A stretch of 64,000 nt of DNA from Acidobacteriota bacterium (GTDB lineage Bacteria; Acidobacteriota; UBA6911): NCBI GenBank assembly GCA_012729555.1, contig JAAYCX010000012.1, forward strand, positions 86,519 to 150,518, written 5' to 3'. The notes below the pieces were generated by a model. That model was not told the origin of the DNA. It worked only from the letters and a program-made list of their open reading frames with translations, and did no database searches. This document shows positions 60,328 to 64,000 of this stretch, in pieces (positions within the stretch are counted from its first letter, which is position 1; every line of letters begins with the position of its first letter). A program made the position numbers and the translations under genes.

Positions 60328-60876
60328 CTATGGCGCCGACCCGGCCCCGGCCCGCTCCTCTTCCCGCGCCTTCTCCGCCTCGCGCGCCTTCTCCGCCTCG
60401 CGCGCCTTCTCCGCCTCGCGTGCCTTCTCCGCCTCCTCCAGCCACCCGCGGCGCAGCCGCTCCATGGGGATGCTGGAGGTGTAGGGCTTGATGTCGAGCA
60501 CCGGCGTGCCGTCGAGCATGTCGACCCCCCCCAGCACGAGACGCGCCCCTTCGCGCCGGATCAGCTGCACCGCCGTAAGCCCGATCGCGTTCGGCCGGTG
60601 GGGGGAACGCGTGGCGAACACCCCGTGCTCCCTCCCGTCGGTGGGCGTCCCCCCCACGAGCGAGTACCCGTCCGCCCGGTGGAAGACCCAGAGGATCCAG
60701 AGGTGGGAGAAACCCTCGATATCCTCGAGGCCCGCGGCGAATTCGGGCAGGAGCTCGAGGACCCCCTCCATGGTGTGCTCGGCCCCCAGCCCCTTCGGCA
60801 CCTGGCTCGTTTCGGTGTAAGCGCTCCGGATATGCCCGATCGGGCGCATAGTGTACTCTTCCACAGGCCGTCTCAT
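60328..60876 (-). CDS. tsaA: tRNA (adenine37-N6)-methyltransferase TsaA (YaeB family) with C-terminal (EAEKAR)4 repeat
   Basis: TsaA core PIGHIRS...NAIGLT...LDGTPVLDIKPY; strong RBS GGAGGAAGGA before ATG 60876. Confidence 0.7.
   Translation of the reverse strand: MRRPVEEYTMRPIGHIRSAYTETSQVPKGLGAEHTMEGVLELLPEFAAGLEDIEGFSHLWILWVFHRADGYSLVGGTPTDGREHGVFATRSPHRPNAIGLTAVQLIRREGARLVLGGVDMLDGTPVLDIKPYTSSIPMERLRRGWLEEAEKAREAEKAREAEKAREAEKAREEERAGAGSAP
60365..60436. repeat. 18-nt tandem repeat x4 (3 perfect + 1 imperfect) in coding region
   Basis: CGCGCCTTCTCCGCCTCG repeated head-to-tail; encodes EAEKAR repeats at TsaA C-terminus. Confidence 0.8.
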
Positions 60877-62564
60877 TCCTTCCTCCCCTCCCGCCCGTAC
60901 TCCTCCTCGAGCCGCCGGGCCGTAACGAATTCCGGCGCGACGTCCACCGGGATCGATTTCAGCCGATCCAGCATCCTCCCGACTTCGGGCCGGAGGACCC
61001 CCAGCCGCCCGAGCAGGTCGCGCGCCCGGGCGGCGTCCCCTTCCGCTTCGATCGTGAGGATCTCGCGCGTGAGCGCCCGCACCCCATCCCGGATCTTTTC
61101 GCGGTTCACCCGGAAGGTGCCGTCCCCCGCGGTCTCGAACGCGCCGTAATCGAGGAGGAAGTTGAGCTGGACGGCGATCCCCCGCCCGTGCGCCTCGTTG
61201 ATCCCGAAGCGGATCGAGCGGAAGGCGGAAGCGAGGAAGGTGTCGTAAACGCTCTCCTCGAGCCCCCGGCCGAGCACCCCCTTGTCGGCGAGATGCCCGA
61301 GGGCGAACAGGCCGGAGACGTCGGCCTTGGCCTCCTCGATCGCGCTGTAGGCGTCCGACAGGGCCTGGCGCACGCTGATCTCCTCGCCGTCCACCACCGC
61401 CCGGTGCGGGCCGAGGCCGTGCATCAGCTCGTGCAGGACGGTGTGGGTGAAAAAGGCCTCGAAACGGACCCTTTTGGCGTCCTCGGGAGCAAGCACGACG
61501 GCGGCGATGGGGGCCAGCACCTTGTCGAATTTCGCCCGCTGCACGTTCCGGAGCATGACGCGCTTGGCCCCTTTTTCCCGGATGACGCGCTCGTCGTTGG
61601 GAAGGTTGAAGGCCGCCGTCTGCACCCCGCGGTTGCCGTCCCCGGAGGCGAAGACCAGGTTCACCACCCTGATGGGGGCCATCGCCCCGAGCTTCGGGTT
61701 CCGGTAGCGGGGATCGACGGGGAGGTGGTCCTCGATCCCCTGCAGTTCGGCCCCGAGGCGCCCCAGCTTCCGCGTCTCCTCCTCGTCGCGCACGGCGATG
61801 AAGGCCTCGAAGGCGGCCTTGGCGTTGAACCACTCGTCTTCGTAGACCTCGTAGGGTCCGATGGTCGGTTCGATCGCCCCCTCGATTTCCATCCAGGCGA
61901 GGTCGCTCGCGTAGTAATCGTTGTCCAGAAAAGCCTGCGCGCGCTTTTCCAGGAATGCCCTGAGGGTGGGCTCGGCCGTAAGCGCCGCGGCCTCCCGGAG
62001 CAGCCCGGCGCAGAGCGCCAGTTCCCCCTGGTACTCCAGGCTGTAGGGAACGGCCGTAAAAGGTCCCCCGCCCGGCGCACGCCGGATCACGGTGAAGAAG
62101 CCCCTGGCCTCCGACTCCTCCCCCGGCGGCAGCGACCGGAGCCACGCCTCCACCTCCTCCCTGGTCGAGCCCACGGGATAGAAGCCGCCCCCGGCGGGCT
62201 TCGGGGGGACCCCCGCGATGAAGCCCGCATTGTGGTCCAGGCGGGACCAGGGCCCCTTGTTGAGCAGAAAATGGTCCAGCCGGGCCTTCCCGAGCGGGGT
62301 CGGGTCGCGGAGCAGGTCGAGCAGCAGGGTTTCGTTCCCGGCCCAGACCTGGCGCAGGAAAAGGGAGTCCATGACCCTGGCGGCCTCCACCAGCCGGCCG
62401 AGGGCCCGGCGTTCCCCCTCGGGCAGGGGGGACAGGTCGGCCGAAATCTCCACCGGGGCGAATCGGTCGGTCATGGCCTGGAATTTTTCGAGATCGGGCA
62501 TGGACCCCTCCAGGAAAGTCACGAAAACGCCGGCGGCCGCCAGCGCAAGAGTCGACTTGTTCAT
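60873..62564 (-). CDS. Zinc metallopeptidase, dipeptidyl-peptidase III (M49)-like
   Basis: HELMHGLG ... EEAKAD zinc-binding motifs; possible signal peptide; start could be 62582. Confidence 0.5.
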   Translation of the reverse strand: MNKSTLALAAAGVFVTFLEGSMPDLEKFQAMTDRFAPVEISADLSPLPEGERRALGRLVEAARVMDSLFLRQVWAGNETLLLDLLRDPTPLGKARLDHFLLNKGPWSRLDHNAGFIAGVPPKPAGGGFYPVGSTREEVEAWLRSLPPGEESEARGFFTVIRRAPGGGPFTAVPYSLEYQGELALCAGLLREAAALTAEPTLRAFLEKRAQAFLDNDYYASDLAWMEIEGAIEPTIGPYEVYEDEWFNAKAAFEAFIAVRDEEETRKLGRLGAELQGIEDHLPVDPRYRNPKLGAMAPIRVVNLVFASGDGNRGVQTAAFNLPNDERVIREKGAKRVMLRNVQRAKFDKVLAPIAAVVLAPEDAKRVRFEAFFTHTVLHELMHGLGPHRAVVDGEEISVRQALSDAYSAIEEAKADVSGLFALGHLADKGVLGRGLEESVYDTFLASAFRSIRFGINEAHGRGIAVQLNFLLDYGAFETAGDGTFRVNREKIRDGVRALTREILTIEAEGDAARARDLLGRLGVLRPEVGRMLDRLKSIPVDVAPEFVTARRLEEEYGREGRKE

Positions 62565-62700
62565 GCCTCCAGCATACCTCATCCCGACTTCCCGGGCAGG
62601 GCAAAATCGGGCCGCGTCCGGGAGCGGGGATCGCCCCGGGCGAGGTTGCAATGAAGGATCGGATTCTCTATGATGTGCCTTTCCAAACCGGGGAGTTGCC

Positions 62701-64000
62701 GTGACCGAGACTCAAGCCGCCGCCGCGGGGACCCGCAAGCGCCAGACCGCGGAAAGCATGGCCGAGCGCCAGCGTGAAATTTCGATATCGGAATTTTTCA
62801 GCAAGAACCGGCACCTGCTGGGATTCGACAACCCGCAGAAGGCGCTGCTGACCGCCGTCAAGGAGGCCGTGGACAACTCGCTCGACGCCTGCGAGGAAGC
62901 GGGCTTCCTCCCCTCGATCCGCATCGCCATCCGGCAGGTCGGAGAGGACCGCTTCCGCGTGTCGGTGGAGGACAACGGGCCCGGGATCGTCAAGGCGCAG
63001 ATCCCGAAGATCTTCGGCAAGCTCCTGTACGGATCGAAGTTTCACACTCTCAAGCAGGCGCGGGGGCAGCAGGGGATCGGCATTTCGGCGGCCGGAATGT
63101 ACGGGCTGCTCACCACCGGGAAATCGATCGTCATCACCTCCCGCACCGGCGCGGGCAAGCCCGCCCACTACTACGAGATCCAGATCGACACCCGGAAGAA
63201 CACGCCCCAGATCATCACCGACCGGATCATCGACTGGGAGCCCCCGCACGGGACCCGGGTGGAAATCGAGCTGATCGGGACCTACAAGAAAGGGCGGCAC
63301 TCGGTCGAGGACTACGTGCGCCAGACGGCCATCGCCAACCCCCACTGCGAAATCTTCTACACCCCCCCCGACGCGGACGAACCGATGCACCTGGTCCGGG
63401 GCTCGGACCTGCTGCCGCCGGAGCCGCGCGAAATCAGGCCCCACCCCTACGGGGTGGAACTCGGCGTGCTCATCCGGATGATGAAGGAAACCTCCGCCCG
63501 CCAGCTGGGCGCCGCCCTGCAGAAGGATTTTTCGCGCGTGAGCGCCAAAATCGCGGCGGAGATCTGCAAGGCGGCCGGGCTGCGGCCCAGCGCCAACCCC
63601 CACACCCTCCAGGGGCAGGAGACCGAGCGGCTCTACAAGGCGATCAACGGGGTGAAGATCATGAGCCCGGCGACCAACTGCCTCTCCCCCATCGGGGAGG
63701 AGCAGATCCTGGCGGGCCTCCGGAAGGAGATCGACGCCGACTTCTTCACCGCCATCACGCGCGCGCCGGCGGTCTACCGGGGCAACCCCTTCCAGATCGA
63801 GGTCGGGCTCGCCTACGGCGGGCGCCTCCCGGGGGACGAGCTGGTGGACCTGCTTCGCTTCGCCAACCGCGTCCCCCTGCAATACCAGCAGTCGGCCTGC
63901 GCCATCACCAAGGCCGTCCTCGGCATCGACTGGCGCAGCTACGGCCTGCCGCAGTCCAAGGGGGCGCTCCCGACGGGGCCCGTGGCGCTGTTCGTGCACA
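62701..64000 (+). CDS. top6B: DNA topoisomerase VI subunit B (3' partial at window end)
   Basis: Collinear with archaeal Top6B: [17 protein letters not shown]...[19 protein letters not shown] (Bergerat ATPase), [22 protein letters not shown]; no stop before window end. Confidence 0.8.
   Translation, partial: MTETQAAAAGTRKRQTAESMAERQREISISEFFSKNRHLLGFDNPQKALLTAVKEAVDNSLDACEEAGFLPSIRIAIRQVGEDRFRVSVEDNGPGIVKAQIPKIFGKLLYGSKFHTLKQARGQQGIGISAAGMYGLLTTGKSIVITSRTGAGKPAHYYEIQIDTRKNTPQIITDRIIDWEPPHGTRVEIELIGTYKKGRHSVEDYVRQTAIANPHCEIFYTPPDADEPMHLVRGSDLLPPEPREIRPHPYGVELGVLIRMMKETSARQLGAALQKDFSRVSAKIAAEICKAAGLRPSANPHTLQGQETERLYKAINGVKIMSPATNCLSPIGEEQILAGLRKEIDADFFTAITRAPAVYRGNPFQIEVGLAYGGRLPGDELVDLLRFANRVPLQYQQSACAITKAVLGIDWRSYGLPQSKGALPTGPVALFVH

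Noticed and set aside
60365-60436. Possible CRISPR-like repeat array
   Set aside because: Units are 18 nt, directly tandem with no spacers, and lie in-frame within tsaA. This is a coding tandem repeat, not CRISPR.
60328-62604. 758-aa ORF in the track
   Set aside because: A chimera. Only the last ~182 codons (TsaA) look like protein. The rest is an alternative frame over the M49-like peptidase gene, whose real frame is ORF 60873..62651.

Overview
High-GC (~70%) bacterial contig from a diderm organism, with Omp85/TamAB-type outer-membrane machinery and many lipoproteins. The gene density is ordinary, but there are several unusual spots.

- **Paired selenoproteins.** The most striking feature is a pair of paralogous secreted selenoprotein genes, at 1543..3294 on the + strand and 7764..9497 on the - strand. 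Each is split in the ORF track by a single in-frame TGA. Translating across the TGA gives a motif conserved between the two copies (G-x-U-x-x-C-x-x-AV-x-x-HA-x-T-x-E, i.e. a UxxC redox motif), and a stem-loop follows each TGA. These look like selenocysteine readthrough proteins: a ~130-aa signal-peptide-bearing N-domain fused to a ~440-aa uncharacterised C-domain.
- **TamB-TamA fusion.** A 2268-aa single ORF (52685..59491) joins a TamB-like inner-membrane-anchored domain to a TamA/Omp85 POTRA plus beta-barrel domain.
- **Sulfur-handling cluster (28.1-34.1 kb).** It contains a periplasmic rhodanese, a 2x[4Fe-4S] protein, dodecin, a SulP/STAS permease, a split YeeE/YedE pair and a persulfide-dioxygenase-rhodanese fusion.
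- **Signalling and redox.** An HD-GYP response regulator is translationally coupled to a pentaheme c-type cytochrome. There is a fused NarI-like/HdrD-like membrane Fe-S oxidoreductase next to an iron-sulfur flavoprotein.
- **Other notable genes.** A radical-SAM enzyme has a rubredoxin-like N-terminus and may be a tetraether-lipid-synthase-like enzyme. The N-terminal part of a topoisomerase VI B subunit lies at the window end.
- **Low-GC islet (about 9.5-12.7 kb).** It carries a VapBC toxin-antitoxin pair with a palindromic operator and a large FG-GAP repeat lipoprotein.
- **Housekeeping genes.** hflX, dapL, ilvE, ilvD, gnd, nth, pepF, plsC and tsaA.

No rRNA, tRNA or CRISPR was seen. Most very long ORFs in the track are antisense artefacts of the high GC content.
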